Notes under the pieces: model-generated
Databases searched by the model: none
Told to the model about the DNA's origin: nothing
Seen by the model: only the letters and a program-made list of their open reading frames with translations
Made by a program: the position numbers and the translations under genes
Origin: Deltaproteobacteria bacterium
GTDB taxonomy: Bacteria; Myxococcota; B64-G9
Reading direction: 5' to 3'
Length of the DNA: 64,000 nt
Assembly (NCBI GenBank): GCA_019314375.1
Contig: JAFCZJ010000002.1
Span: forward strand, 6,904 to 70,903
Part shown: positions 9,562 through 19,018 of the stretch, piece by piece
Layout of the letters: each line of letters opens with the position of its first letter
How positions within the stretch are numbered: the first letter of the stretch is position 1

Positions 9562-10239
9562 CTAGGGTCTCTTCTTTAGCTCTTCAGCAGGAATACGTGC
9601 GCGCATCGCATCATAGTAAACTTGCATCCGCATAACCGCTTTACGTACATCGTCCAAATCCACACTCATGCGCTTGGCGGCCGAGCGCATGGCCTCAGGC
9701 AAGGTTTCGCCGATACTCATGCGAATCTCCACCGTTGCGGCCATGGCGTGCTCGGCCACCTTGGGTCGCGGCGGACCTTCCTTTTTGGGTAAGAAGATTT
9801 GGATTTTTTCAAAGCCAACGCCTTTGCCGTCCCATCCGTGACCGTCCCGGGCAAACATGGCTATGCCAAGCGGGACGGCCATCGTTTTTATTGACCCTGG
9901 CCAAGCCCGGATCTTGATCACCGAAGTGGAGCGTTGCAGGTCGTTATGGTGGCAGGCGTTACCCAGTAATTTCTCCAAGTCCTTTTTCGAAATGTCGACT
10001 GCAACCTCGATGTCGGCGATGGCCCGCGATCGTCCACCAGCGCTTCTGTCCTGCCAGCTACGGGTGGTCCAGGGAGTTTTGGCTTTCGGAGCTTTGCTGC
10101 CCGGCGTATTGCCCTGAGAGAACTGGTTGAAGGAGTTGAAGGCCTCGCCGAATTTGCTGTCGCAGGCGCTGACGACCACCATGCCCAGCAGCAAGGCGGC
10201 GAACATTGATCCAATAAGGAAAAGTCGGCTTCGTTCCAT
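9562..10239 (-). CDS. Hypothetical lipoprotein
   Basis: GGAG RBS before ATG10239; hydrophobic stretch ending in lipobox-like VSAC. Confidence 0.65.
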   Translation of the reverse strand: MERSRLFLIGSMFAALLLGMVVVSACDSKFGEAFNSFNQFSQGNTPGSKAPKAKTPWTTRSWQDRSAGGRSRAIADIEVAVDISKKDLEKLLGNACHHNDLQRSTSVIKIRAWPGSIKTMAVPLGIAMFARDGHGWDGKGVGFEKIQIFLPKKEGPPRPKVAEHAMAATVEIRMSIGETLPEAMRSAAKRMSVDLDDVRKAVMRMQVYYDAMRARIPAEELKKRP

Positions 10240-10277
10240 GGGGTTCTCCTTATTCGAGATCACATCTTCAATTGGAA

Positions 10278-10886
10278 TCACATCTTTAATTGGTCGGCCA
10301 CTTCGGGCACGAACAAGGCTCGGACATTGTAGCGCAGGATTTCGTCCACAATCTTGGGGCGTTCGGGCAACTGACTGCCCATGGCCACTTGATAAAGCAC
10401 TTCTTTGATGGAGCCGAGGATGCACAATGAGGTGATTTGCTTGTCCAGCTTCCTTAGAAGTTTCATCTCAAGACCTTGCTCTAAGGCGCTTTCGATGAGC
10501 ACCAGGAGACGGCCATAGAACTCTGAGAGTTTCTGATCGAATCCTGGATCCAAGCCGACTGCTTCGGCCAGCAGGAGGCGGAGCATGGGGCGATTTTCCA
10601 AAAGATAGTCCAAGACTTCGTCTACGTTGGACTCCATCTGCGCCACGACGCCTGTCGGACCCCGGCTGGGGTCAATGCGTCGCACCCGGCTGGCCAAGGC
10701 TGCGAACAAGTCGCCCAGGAGCTGATCGAAGACCATGCGTTTGCTTTCGAAATAGAGGTAGAAGGTGCCCCTGGCCACGCCCGCATCCCGAATGATGTCG
10801 GCGATGGTGGCCGTGTGGTAGCCCTTCTTGGCGAACACCGTCAGGGCGCATTCCAAGAGGTGCGCCCGTCTCTCTGCTCTTCGCAT
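10278..10886 (-). CDS. TetR/AcrR-family transcriptional regulator
   Basis: HTH ALTVFAKKGYHTATIADIIRDAGVARGTFYLYFESK; start ATG10886 inferred. Confidence 0.93.
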   Translation of the reverse strand: MRRAERRAHLLECALTVFAKKGYHTATIADIIRDAGVARGTFYLYFESKRMVFDQLLGDLFAALASRVRRIDPSRGPTGVVAQMESNVDEVLDYLLENRPMLRLLLAEAVGLDPGFDQKLSEFYGRLLVLIESALEQGLEMKLLRKLDKQITSLCILGSIKEVLYQVAMGSQLPERPKIVDEILRYNVRALFVPEVADQLKM

Positions 10887-10971
10887 GGCTGGCTTTCCTT
10901 CAAGTAGTAAACCCAAGCTAGCAATTCTTCCGCCATTGGCAAAGCAAAAAGAGAAATGAGAAGGGCTGCTG

Positions 10972-11000
10972 TTGACCTTGCTGGTGCCCTGGCATAGCAT
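10972..11000 (+). promoter_or_regulatory. Putative sigma70 promoter
   Basis: TTGACC-17 nt-TAGCAT upstream of AAGGAGG RBS and GTG11030. Confidence 0.5.
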
Positions 11001-11029
11001 TTCCGCTCCATCGCAAGGAGGCGAGACCC

Positions 11030-11890
11030 GTGGCTAAGAAAACCAAGACCAAGACCAAGACCGCCCCTCGGCAGGCCAAGCCGGAAAAACCTTATCGACC
11101 GCGTCTAACCCGGAAAGATCTTTCGGAGATCATGGATTTCTCCAAGGGCTTGGCGCGCGCTGCCGGCACCCTGGCCCTGTCTTTTTATGGTCGCGCCAAT
11201 CCGAGCTTGCGTTATGACCACGACTTGATCACGGAGGCCGACCTGGCGGTGCAAGAGTATATCCGCAAGGAAGTGCACGCAGCCTATCCGGCGCATCGTT
11301 TTCTCGGCGAAGAGGGTGCCGCCCTGCCGGACGACCGGGACAAGCAAAGCCCGCTCTGGGTCGTCGATCCGGTGGATGGTTCGGCTGGATTCTCGGCGGG
11401 CATGCCGGTTTGGGCTATCTCTATCTGCCTCTTCGATGGGACGCGTCCAGTCTTGGGCCTGATTTATCTTCCGGTGACCGGAGAGCTCTATCACGCCATT
11501 GCCGGCGCCAAAGCCATGTTGAATGACCGGACCATTGAGGTTCGAGACGAGGTGGTGGACAACGAATCCTTGTTGTTAACCTACAGCCGCTTCCACTCCG
11601 ATTTCGTGACCCATTTTCCCGGTAAGGTTCGTTCCTTGGGTTCCACAGCGGCTCATTTGGCATATGTTGCCCGGGGTGCGGCCGGGGGTGCTGTTCTGGG
11701 CAACGTGCATGTATGGGATGTGGCGGCCGGCAGTGTTCTCTTGGAGGCTGCTGGTGGTGGATTCAGAGATCTCAATGGCAAAAAAGTGGATCTGAGTTGC
11801 TATCTGGAAGGCGGTCATATCGACAAGGTGCTCTTGGCGGCACCCAGGGGTTTACATGCCGATTTGACGGCGACCTTAGAACTCCGCTGA
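11030..11890 (+). CDS. Inositol monophosphatase family protein
   Basis: ITEAD, FLGEE, WVVDPVDGS, RSLGS, VWDVAAG motifs. Confidence 0.92.
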   Translation: MAKKTKTKTKTAPRQAKPEKPYRPRLTRKDLSEIMDFSKGLARAAGTLALSFYGRANPSLRYDHDLITEADLAVQEYIRKEVHAAYPAHRFLGEEGAALPDDRDKQSPLWVVDPVDGSAGFSAGMPVWAISICLFDGTRPVLGLIYLPVTGELYHAIAGAKAMLNDRTIEVRDEVVDNESLLLTYSRFHSDFVTHFPGKVRSLGSTAAHLAYVARGAAGGAVLGNVHVWDVAAGSVLLEAAGGGFRDLNGKKVDLSCYLEGGHIDKVLLAAPRGLHADLTATLELR

Positions 11891-12115
11891 GCCGGACTGC
11901 TCCTCTACGCCCCAGAGCCCTTCTTCTTGCCGGATTTGTTGCTTTCGGCTGAAGCGGATCCAGCCCCTGGTCAGGCTGCGGTTGATAGCCATGGCCATCA
12001 AGGCCGCGGCCAGCAGTCCCAAGCTGATAAGACAGGCCAAACCGACCGCCGTCCAGGGATCATTTACGGGGATTGTCGCGGAAGCAGAGGAGGCAATTTG
12101 AACTAGCTGCATCAT
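11876..12115 (-). CDS. Small single-TM hypothetical protein, possibly leaderless
   Basis: One hydrophobic helix (WTAVGLACLISLGLLAAALMAMAI) followed by basic residues; immediately downstream of a strong sigma54 motif; start uncertain (12121, 12115 or 12112). Confidence 0.45.
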   Translation of the reverse strand: MMQLVQIASSASATIPVNDPWTAVGLACLISLGLLAAALMAMAINRSLTRGWIRFSRKQQIRQEEGLWGVEEQSGSAEF

Positions 12116-12127
12116 AGACATTGGTTA

Positions 12128-12144
12128 AGCAATGCCTGTGCCAG
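12128..12144 (-). promoter_or_regulatory. sigma54 (-24/-12) promoter
   Basis: Minus strand CTGGCACAGGCATTGCT: GG-N10-GC with TGGCAC and TTGCT consensus halves, intergenic. Confidence 0.7.
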
Positions 12145-12310
12145 AAACTCTTCCCGGGGAGGATTTCGACTAAGTTCAAGGTTTACAAGGGCTTGACGAA
12201 CGAGCTGGCCCTTGTCTCCAAATGCGCAGGGGGGAAGAATGAGGTACATGACTGCACAGGTGTGACATTTGCTTCACGCCTCTTGGCGCTCATGGTAGAG
12301 TGCCTTGCCT

Positions 12311-13030
12311 ATGATCGACTTGCATTGCCACCTTTTACCCGGCGTGGACGACGGTGCCCAGGACCTGCAAAACAGCAGGTTGATGGCGAAGAACTTGGTC
12401 TCTTTGGGTTACCGCCATGTTTGCTGTACCCCTCATTTGCCTTGGTCTACCTTCACCCGAAGCGAAGCCGAACTCGATACCTTGCGCGACAAGCTGCAGC
12501 AGGACCTTGATGCCCAGGGCATTGAACTCACGCTGCACGTGGGCGCGGAGCACCACAGTTCGGTGGTGGGCGAATTGATGATCGATGGGAATCTGGTCGC
12601 CTTTCCCCGTGGGGACACCTTCTTGATGGAGTTTCCTTTGGGCGGTTTGCCTCCTGGTTGGGAGGATCTTTTGTTTCGGCTGCAGGTCAAGGGCATGCAG
12701 CCCGTTTTGGCCCATGTCGAACGCTATCCGGAGGTTCAGGCGGACTACAAGATTGTCCAGCGTTTCAAGGAGCGGGGTTGCCACATCCTGGTCAACCTGA
12801 CGAGCCTGGTGGGCGGTTGGGATCGCAAGGCGCGTCATGTGGCCAAGGAGTTAGTGCGCTCGGGTTTGGTGGATGCCGTAAATTCCGACATGCATCGGGA
12901 ATCGGAAGTGGATGCTTTGCGCGAGGGATTGGATGAGCTGCGCGCCTTGGTGGGGGCCGAGGCTTTGGAGCAAATGACCCTGCACAGTCCCGCCATCTTG
13001 GCCGGGATCCCGCTCGAGGAAGCCCCGTGA
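12311..13030 (+). CDS. PHP-family tyrosine-protein phosphatase (CpsB/CapC/YwqE-like)
   Basis: MIDLHCHLLPGVDDGA, TPH, LAHVERY, SDMH metal-binding motifs. Confidence 0.92.
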   Translation: MIDLHCHLLPGVDDGAQDLQNSRLMAKNLVSLGYRHVCCTPHLPWSTFTRSEAELDTLRDKLQQDLDAQGIELTLHVGAEHHSSVVGELMIDGNLVAFPRGDTFLMEFPLGGLPPGWEDLLFRLQVKGMQPVLAHVERYPEVQADYKIVQRFKERGCHILVNLTSLVGGWDRKARHVAKELVRSGLVDAVNSDMHRESEVDALREGLDELRALVGAEALEQMTLHSPAILAGIPLEEAP

Positions 13031-14076
13031 AAAAGCTGCTCATCAACAGCGTGATCTCCATGTTCATCGGTGCCTTGTTTGTCTGGCTTGCGGTGCGGGA
13101 TGTGGACTGGAACGCCATGGGCTCGGCTTTCGGTCAGGTGGACCTGCTCAGGGTCGCCCTTTATTTGGGTCTTTTCATCGTGGTTCACTTTTCCCGGGTG
13201 CTGCGTTGGGGTTGCATGCTCAAGCCCCTGGGGCACGTGCCGTTTGGGCGGCTTTTTACCGTGTCCTCCGTGGGCTTCATGGCCCTTATTCTCTTGCCCC
13301 TGCGCTTGGGCGAATTTGCAAGACCCTTTCTCATTTCCGAGCGTGGCAAGATCCGTATGAGCGCCGCCTTGGCCACCATCGTGGTGGAGCGTGTGGTGGA
13401 CGCTCTCTTCATGGCCTTGATGCTGACCATCATTCTTTTCGCCTTGGGTGACAGCATCCAGGTGCCCGGCGATCTGCGATTCTGGGCTTGGATTGTCCTC
13501 GTCGCGTTCGTGGCCCTGCTCGTGGTTATGGTCTTGGCCTACTGGCGACAAGAGACAGCCGTGCGATGGTTCCGCGCCTTGGTTAAGCCCATCAGCGCCA
13601 AGCTGGCGGATCGCCTGTCCTCCATCCTGGAGTCTTTCTTCGGTGGGTTGAAAGCACTGCCGAGCTTCAAACTCTTTGGCGGCTTCTTGGGCCTGACCAT
13701 CATCTACTGGGGCTTGAACGCTTTGGGCCTGTGGATTCTCTTTGGTGCCTTCGATGGGCTTTCTCACCTGGGCTTCGTCGAGGCTTTGACCGTCTTGAGC
13801 GTCCTGTGTGTGGGCCTGATGATCCCTGCCGGTCCAGGCATGATCGGCAACTTTCACTGGTTCATCAAACTTGGATTGTCTTTGTTTGTGGCCGAGGCGA
13901 TGTTGGGTTCAAGCGGCGTGGCCTACGCCATCCTCGTCCATGGGATTCAGCTTTCCCAGCAGGTGATCTTCGGCGTGGCCTGTTTGTTCTCCGGCCACAT
14001 TTCTTTTCGGCGTGTCCTGGTTGCCCCCGCCGGGGTGGGGGACGGTTTGGACGGCAGCTCCCCACCAGCCCCGTAG
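13027..14076 (+). CDS. Lysylphosphatidylglycerol synthase TM / flippase-like membrane protein
   Basis: Multi-TM; RVLRW, LPLRLGEFAR, TIVVERVVD, IPAGPGMIG motifs; GTGA overlap with upstream gene. Confidence 0.85.
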   Translation: MKKLLINSVISMFIGALFVWLAVRDVDWNAMGSAFGQVDLLRVALYLGLFIVVHFSRVLRWGCMLKPLGHVPFGRLFTVSSVGFMALILLPLRLGEFARPFLISERGKIRMSAALATIVVERVVDALFMALMLTIILFALGDSIQVPGDLRFWAWIVLVAFVALLVVMVLAYWRQETAVRWFRALVKPISAKLADRLSSILESFFGGLKALPSFKLFGGFLGLTIIYWGLNALGLWILFGAFDGLSHLGFVEALTVLSVLCVGLMIPAGPGMIGNFHWFIKLGLSLFVAEAMLGSSGVAYAILVHGIQLSQQVIFGVACLFSGHISFRRVLVAPAGVGDGLDGSSPPAP

Positions 14077-14339
14077 TAAATTTAAATGCATCAAGATGGC
14101 GGTGGCTTCTTCATCGCCCAAGGACTCTTCCCGATCAAAATCTCGGCAGGCCCGTTCCAGTTCTCCACAGAATACCTGTCGGATTTTTCCAGCCCGCTCT
14201 GCCATCCGAGCCCTCCCAAGGCATGATGAATTGCCTCAAATGGTAACACGAGACTCGGACTTGTCAATTTTTTGGAAACTGGAAAAGCGCAACAAGTAGA
14301 GAGAGTTACAATAGGAAGGGAAAGTTATTTCTAGATGTT

Positions 14340-17039
14340 CTACTGCAGATCGAAGCCCTGCGCCAAAGTACCGCTGTTGCCGTGGGCGTCCGTGACTTGC
14401 ACCTGGAGGCTGTAATGCCCGGCTCCTTCATACTGGCTGTGGTTCAGCGTGAAGTTGCCGGTGGGGATGTTGCGCTGGGCCGTGCTCTCCGTGCCTTCGC
14501 CGTCGCGGGCGTTGACGTAGGTGTAAGCCACCTGTCCATCCGCGTCCACGGTGCCGGCCGTCAAATCAACCGGGCTGCCGGAAGGCGGCGTCAGGCTTGC
14601 CTGCACGCTCACGCTTCCGTCGGCGGGCACGGGGTGGGGAAGGTAGGGAGGGACTCGAGCAGAACGGTGTAGAAAACTACTGGAGGCCAGGCCCTCGAAC
14701 GTTGATTCTCCGTCGTCGTTGGTGAGACCCGGCGCATAAGAGACACTGCCCGTCAGGCCCGACTGCTGCAATTGCAGGTTGTGGAGTATCATGTGGGTCG
14801 AGGGCAGCAATTCGAAGGGGCTGGAATCGAGGCTGTAGCCTTGCGTGCCGGTGCCGTCAAAGTAGTGGCCTTCAATGTGGAGGCGGTAAGTCCCCAGGGG
14901 AAAGTCCAAGTGCTCTTCCCATTGCAGTTGCCAAATGTGAGGCGGATCATAATCAGAGTTTTCCAGCTCATAAGTCAGCATGGTGCTGTGCCCGTCGTCG
15001 CTGTACGGAGTGCCCGCCAGGTTGAGCACCGGCTCGAAGTTGCCGCTCACTTCTCGTTCCAAGGTCATGCGTGGCAGGTCCACCCCTGGATGACCGCCCA
15101 CCCAGCGAAAATCCACCAGCTGGCTGCGCTCGACCGTGGTCGGTACATCGGAAAGCACCTCCGCCACCTCTTCGCTCGTGGTCGTGGTGGGCTCGACCGT
15201 GTCGTCCGCGTAGTCGTACCAGGCCGGCAGGATGCCGTTGTCGATGAGGTCTACGCCGCCCGCCGCGAAGGCCTGGGCCAGCTCGCCGAGTTTTTCCAAG
15301 TAGTAGTCGCCCTCGGCCCATCCCCAGATGCCCATGGATGGCGCGTAGCCGCCTTGCAGCCAGTTGTCGGCGTGCATCAAATACAGGTGATGGTCTTGGC
15401 TATAGCCCAGCACCGCCACATCGCTCAGGCGATCGTCGGCGTCCAGCAGCAGTTGGGCGGCATCCCGGCCATATTTACCCAGAGGCTCTCCAGGCAGGGT
15501 CACAAAACCAAGGTCTCCGATGCGCATGGTGGTCAAATGCGTTTTGCAAAAGGGAGAAGCCGGTACACCGCCGGTGAGCATCTCCATGCTGAAGATGCAG
15601 CCCAATTGTCCGTCTTCGAAATGGGTGGCCGGATCCTCGTCTCCATTGCCCACGCATTGGAAGGCGCCGAAGTAGTACTCCTTGTCGAACTCGTCTCTGA
15701 ACTGGCCTTCGCCGTAGCCCAAAGCCTCCCGATCCACCGGGGCCCTCAAGTTGCTGATGTCGAGGGTCACGTCGTTGCGGGCCTGCCCTTCCAGGGCTTC
15801 GAATTGTGCGCGCAGGATGGGCCAAGTCAGGAGCCCCACTTGCTGAATGCTACGCCAGTCGTCCAAGCCGTTTCCGCCGCCCTCCGGCGTTACGTCGCCG
15901 GAGTTGCCCGAGAGGAAGACCGCCATGACCGGCAGCCCGGTGAGCTCTTGCAGTTTTTGTTGGGCGATGATCTCCACCGCGCCGGGGGCATCGCCCGTGA
16001 TGGTTTTGCCATTCGAGATGGTGCCGTGCATGGCCAAATCGAAAAGAAACGCCAAGGGCTGATCATTGATGTCGTCGATGCGCATGACGTAGAGGGAGTC
16101 GTCCATGGGGTCCTGGTCTTCTTCGCGACGATCTCGGTGAATGAGGCCCTCCGGATCCATGTTGCCTACCTTGGCCCAGGCAAACTTGGCTGCTTGCATG
16201 TTGTCCAAGGCGATCAGCACGGCGTCGGCCATGGCCTTGGTGTGGCGCTCGAACATTTCCGGCGAGTAGTCGCCGTGGCCCAATACGCCCATCTGCACAT
16301 CGGGTACCCAGAATGAATAGCGGCCCGGATAGGAGTGGGTGTGGTTGGCGCTCAGCACGATGCGATTGATGTAGTTTTCACCCGTGGCCTGGTAAAGGCG
16401 CCAAGCCGTGTGGGTCAGCATCCAGTCCGTGGTCCAGGAGGTGGCGGTGCGGATCAAGACGATGCGCTTGTCGCCGGCCTCGAAGACGAGGGCCTTGACC
16501 CGGGGGCGATCCCACATGCTCTCCGAGCCGCCCAGGGTTTTGCGGTAAGGTGTGCGGGGTCCCAATCGCGCCCCGTAACCCGCCATGCTGACGCCCATGG
16601 GGAAGTCCAAGGGCACGTCGCCGAGGCCCACTTGCAAGGTTGTGCCGAGGCCACCTGAGCCCGCCGCAGGCTCGCTGAAGGCCGCCAGGGCGTCTGTGAG
16701 ATAGGCTTCGCAGAATCCGTGGATGCACTGGTTTTCCAAGGGGCAGTCCGGGTCGGAGACGCAGAGTTTGACACAGCGACCGTCCACGCATTTGCCTTCG
16801 GGCTGGCAGGTCACGTCCTGGCCGCAAGGGGCCGCCGACCTGCAGCAGCCCTCCAAGCAGTCCTGGGTGTCCGAGCATTCGTAATAATAATCGCAAGGCG
16901 TGGTGCAGTCACCGCCTCCGTCGTCTGTGCCCCCATCCGTGTCATCATCGCCACCACCACAGGCCATGGGCAGCAAGGCCACCAGGGCCAACAAAACCAA
17001 CGCCATCATATGCTTTCGTGTCTTCACCATAACCTCCAT
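14340..17039 (-). CDS. Lipoprotein with Cys-rich stalk and neutral/alkaline ceramidase-family domain
   Basis: Lipobox-like PMAC; SANHTHSYPG, MHGT, GNSGDVTP, TLPGEP, GYSQDH, GGY motifs; start may be a few codons downstream. Confidence 0.8.
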   Translation of the reverse strand: MEVMVKTRKHMMALVLLALVALLPMACGGGDDDTDGGTDDGGGDCTTPCDYYYECSDTQDCLEGCCRSAAPCGQDVTCQPEGKCVDGRCVKLCVSDPDCPLENQCIHGFCEAYLTDALAAFSEPAAGSGGLGTTLQVGLGDVPLDFPMGVSMAGYGARLGPRTPYRKTLGGSESMWDRPRVKALVFEAGDKRIVLIRTATSWTTDWMLTHTAWRLYQATGENYINRIVLSANHTHSYPGRYSFWVPDVQMGVLGHGDYSPEMFERHTKAMADAVLIALDNMQAAKFAWAKVGNMDPEGLIHRDRREEDQDPMDDSLYVMRIDDINDQPLAFLFDLAMHGTISNGKTITGDAPGAVEIIAQQKLQELTGLPVMAVFLSGNSGDVTPEGGGNGLDDWRSIQQVGLLTWPILRAQFEALEGQARNDVTLDISNLRAPVDREALGYGEGQFRDEFDKEYYFGAFQCVGNGDEDPATHFEDGQLGCIFSMEMLTGGVPASPFCKTHLTTMRIGDLGFVTLPGEPLGKYGRDAAQLLLDADDRLSDVAVLGYSQDHHLYLMHADNWLQGGYAPSMGIWGWAEGDYYLEKLGELAQAFAAGGVDLIDNGILPAWYDYADDTVEPTTTTSEEVAEVLSDVPTTVERSQLVDFRWVGGHPGVDLPRMTLEREVSGNFEPVLNLAGTPYSDDGHSTMLTYELENSDYDPPHIWQLQWEEHLDFPLGTYRLHIEGHYFDGTGTQGYSLDSSPFELLPSTHMILHNLQLQQSGLTGSVSYAPGLTNDDGESTFEGLASSSFLHRSARVPPYLPHPVPADGSVSVQASLTPPSGSPVDLTAGTVDADGQVAYTYVNARDGEGTESTAQRNIPTGNFTLNHSQYEGAGHYSLQVQVTDAHGNSGTLAQGFDLQ

Positions 17040-17194
17040 CCAAGGGCCCCACTTACTCTAACGGGCTATTCTAACGGGCAGGGCTTTGATCATGCAAGTG
17101 CCAGGACCCCGCTATTAATGCAGGACAGTTGGGCCGCAATCGGGTAAAGTAAATTTGTGGAATAATTTTTTGTACACGATGTCCAGCCCAGAGG

Positions 17195-17752
17195 ATGAAA
17201 GTGTCCATGAGTGACGTGAGTGAAAAGCCGACCAGGTGCCCATGCTGTGATTCATATTTGGATTGGGACCAGGCCGGAGAAGTGAAGCTCTTGCGATGCC
17301 CCCAATGCGATGGGTTTTGGGTGGCTCGGGAGACGATGGCGCAGATTGAAGCCCTGGCCATGGCCGAGGCCATAAGCCCGCCGGCGAGTGACGTCTTAAA
17401 GGAGCCATTGGGGTCGGATGCCCGGCCTTTTCTTAAGTGTCCTGAATGCGGCGAGCTCATGCGAAGACGGCGCTACGGCAAACGCTCGGCTGTGATCATC
17501 GACGTGTGTTCGGCGCACGGTACGTGGCTTGACGCCGATGAGCTCCAGCGCCTGGTGGTTTTCATCAAAGACGGAGGCTTTGAGGCCAGCGTGCGCAAGG
17601 AACGGGATTGGCTCGAAGCTTTGCTGGAAAAGGAAGCCTCTCGCATGCGTCTCGACAGCACGCGTTCTTTGAACAGTCGGGATGGGGAGCGTCAGGCCGC
17701 ACGAAATCTGGCAGAGGCCCTGTTGCCGGGTATTTACAGGGCATTGGGATAA
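17195..17752 (+). CDS. zf-TFIIB-type zinc-ribbon protein (two domains)
   Basis: CPCC..CPQCDGFW and LKCPECGELM..IIDVCSAHGTWLDADEL. Confidence 0.8.
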   Translation: MKVSMSDVSEKPTRCPCCDSYLDWDQAGEVKLLRCPQCDGFWVARETMAQIEALAMAEAISPPASDVLKEPLGSDARPFLKCPECGELMRRRRYGKRSAVIIDVCSAHGTWLDADELQRLVVFIKDGGFEASVRKERDWLEALLEKEASRMRLDSTRSLNSRDGERQAARNLAEALLPGIYRALG

Positions 17753-17784
17753 GGGCATTGGGATAAACGATCAGGAGAACCATC

Positions 17785-18672
17785 ATGTTGGTGACATGTT
17801 CCAAGTGCAATCGTCATGTGGATACTGGTTCCGTCGCGGCGGGGGATGTCGTTCAGTGTAGTTGCGGCATGGGCATCATGGTGCCCGAGGGGCCCGCGGC
17901 CGCTGGCAAGATGAACTGTCCGGCCTGTGGCGCGCCCGTGGACCCGGACCTGAAAAACTGCATTTTTTGCGACACCAAGTTGGCGACGGTCATCTGTCCG
18001 GCTTGTTTCGGGGCGATCTTCGAAGGCAGCAAGCATTGCGCCCACTGCGGTGAGAACTTGCAGCAGAAAAAAGTCGTCATCCACGGTGATCAGACCGAAC
18101 ACATCTGCCCGCGTTGCCCGAATGATCCCAAGCTCAGGGTGGAGGTCGTGGCGGGCTTCCCCCTGGAGCGCTGCCCGGAATGCGAGGGGATGTGGGTGGA
18201 TGATGACATCGTGGATCGCATCTATAAAGATCGCGAAAACGCCCCCACGGTTCAGTCCATGACCAAATCCAGCAAAGCCGACGTGGCGGCCACCGGCGGC
18301 GGACTACCGGTCCCCGAGGGCTACATCAAGTGTCCGATTTGCGACAAGATGATGAACCGCAAGAACTTCGGCCGCTTTTCCGGCGTGATCATCGACATCT
18401 GCAAGGGCCACGGCACCTGGTTTGACGCGGATGAGCTTCGGCGCATCATGGAGTTCATCGCCGCCGGCGGCCTGGAAAAACAAGCCGAACGAGAACGAGA
18501 AGACCTGCGCCAGGAACTGCGCTGGCTCAAGCAAAAGAAAAACCTGGAAGCCGTGTCGGATCGCATGAACGCCCCCAGCCACGGTGCCGGCCTGGGTATG
18601 GGCGGCATAAATCGCAGCCTGGCCGGTTCGGCTGCCCTGGGTATCGGTAGCCTTCTGCGCAAGCTCTTCTAA
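17785..18672 (+). CDS. Multi zinc-ribbon protein (double zinc ribbon plus two zf-TFIIB-type domains)
   Basis: AGGAG RBS; many CxxC pairs; CPECEGMWVD and IIDICKGHGTWFDADEL. Confidence 0.85.
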   Translation: MLVTCSKCNRHVDTGSVAAGDVVQCSCGMGIMVPEGPAAAGKMNCPACGAPVDPDLKNCIFCDTKLATVICPACFGAIFEGSKHCAHCGENLQQKKVVIHGDQTEHICPRCPNDPKLRVEVVAGFPLERCPECEGMWVDDDIVDRIYKDRENAPTVQSMTKSSKADVAATGGGLPVPEGYIKCPICDKMMNRKNFGRFSGVIIDICKGHGTWFDADELRRIMEFIAAGGLEKQAEREREDLRQELRWLKQKKNLEAVSDRMNAPSHGAGLGMGGINRSLAGSAALGIGSLLRKLF

Positions 18673-18685
18673 AGCCGATTTACCC

Positions 18686-18714
18686 TTGACAGACAGGCCA
18701 GATACACGTAATTT
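18686..18714 (+). promoter_or_regulatory. Putative sigma70 promoter of the tRNA
   Basis: TTGACA(18686-18691)-17 nt-TAATTT(18709-18714). Confidence 0.5.
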
Positions 18715-18785
18715 CCGGCCCTGCCGCGGTTGGGCTCAATAGACCGACCAAGGCTTGGTATTTGACATAGCTTGATATTTGACAT

Positions 18786-18859
18786 GGTGGAGTAGCTCAG
18801 TCGGCCAGAGCAGGGGTCTCATAAGCCCCGTGTCGGCGGTTCGATTCCGCCCTCCACCA
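18786..18859 (+). tRNA. tRNA-Met (CAT), probably elongator
   Basis: Cloverleaf: acceptor GGTGGAG/CTCCACC+A, D stem GCTC/GAGC, anticodon arm GGGGT-CTCATAA-GCCCC, T arm GGCGG-TTCGATT-CCGCC; G1:C72 paired so not initiator; CCA not encoded; Ile2 not fully excluded. Confidence 0.93.
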
Positions 18860-18871
18860 TTTCTTGAGATG

Positions 18872-18907
18872 AACGAGACCCCGCAATCCTTTGCGGGGTC
18901 TCGTTTT
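18872..18907 (+). terminator. Intrinsic terminator after tRNA
   Basis: Perfect 15-bp stem AACGAGACCCCGCAA-TCCT-TTGCGGGGTCTCGTT running into Ts. Confidence 0.8.
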
Positions 18908-19018
18908 GGCCAAAATTGGGACGCGATGTTCGCCGCTTCATGTGGCGATCACAACTTGGATAAGCCCAGCTATGTGGACACCTGCTTCCCCCATCGTTGA
19001 TCTCTAATTTGACCGAAC

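Noticed and set aside
17057..17105. TCTAACGGGC direct repeat and a minus-strand TGGCAC upstream of the ceramidase-like gene
   Set aside because: TGGCAC lacks GC at the -12 position; a 10-bp doublet alone is too weak to call
18786..18859. Initiator tRNA-fMet
   Set aside because: G1:C72 is paired and the anticodon stem ends in a U.G pair rather than three consecutive G:C pairs
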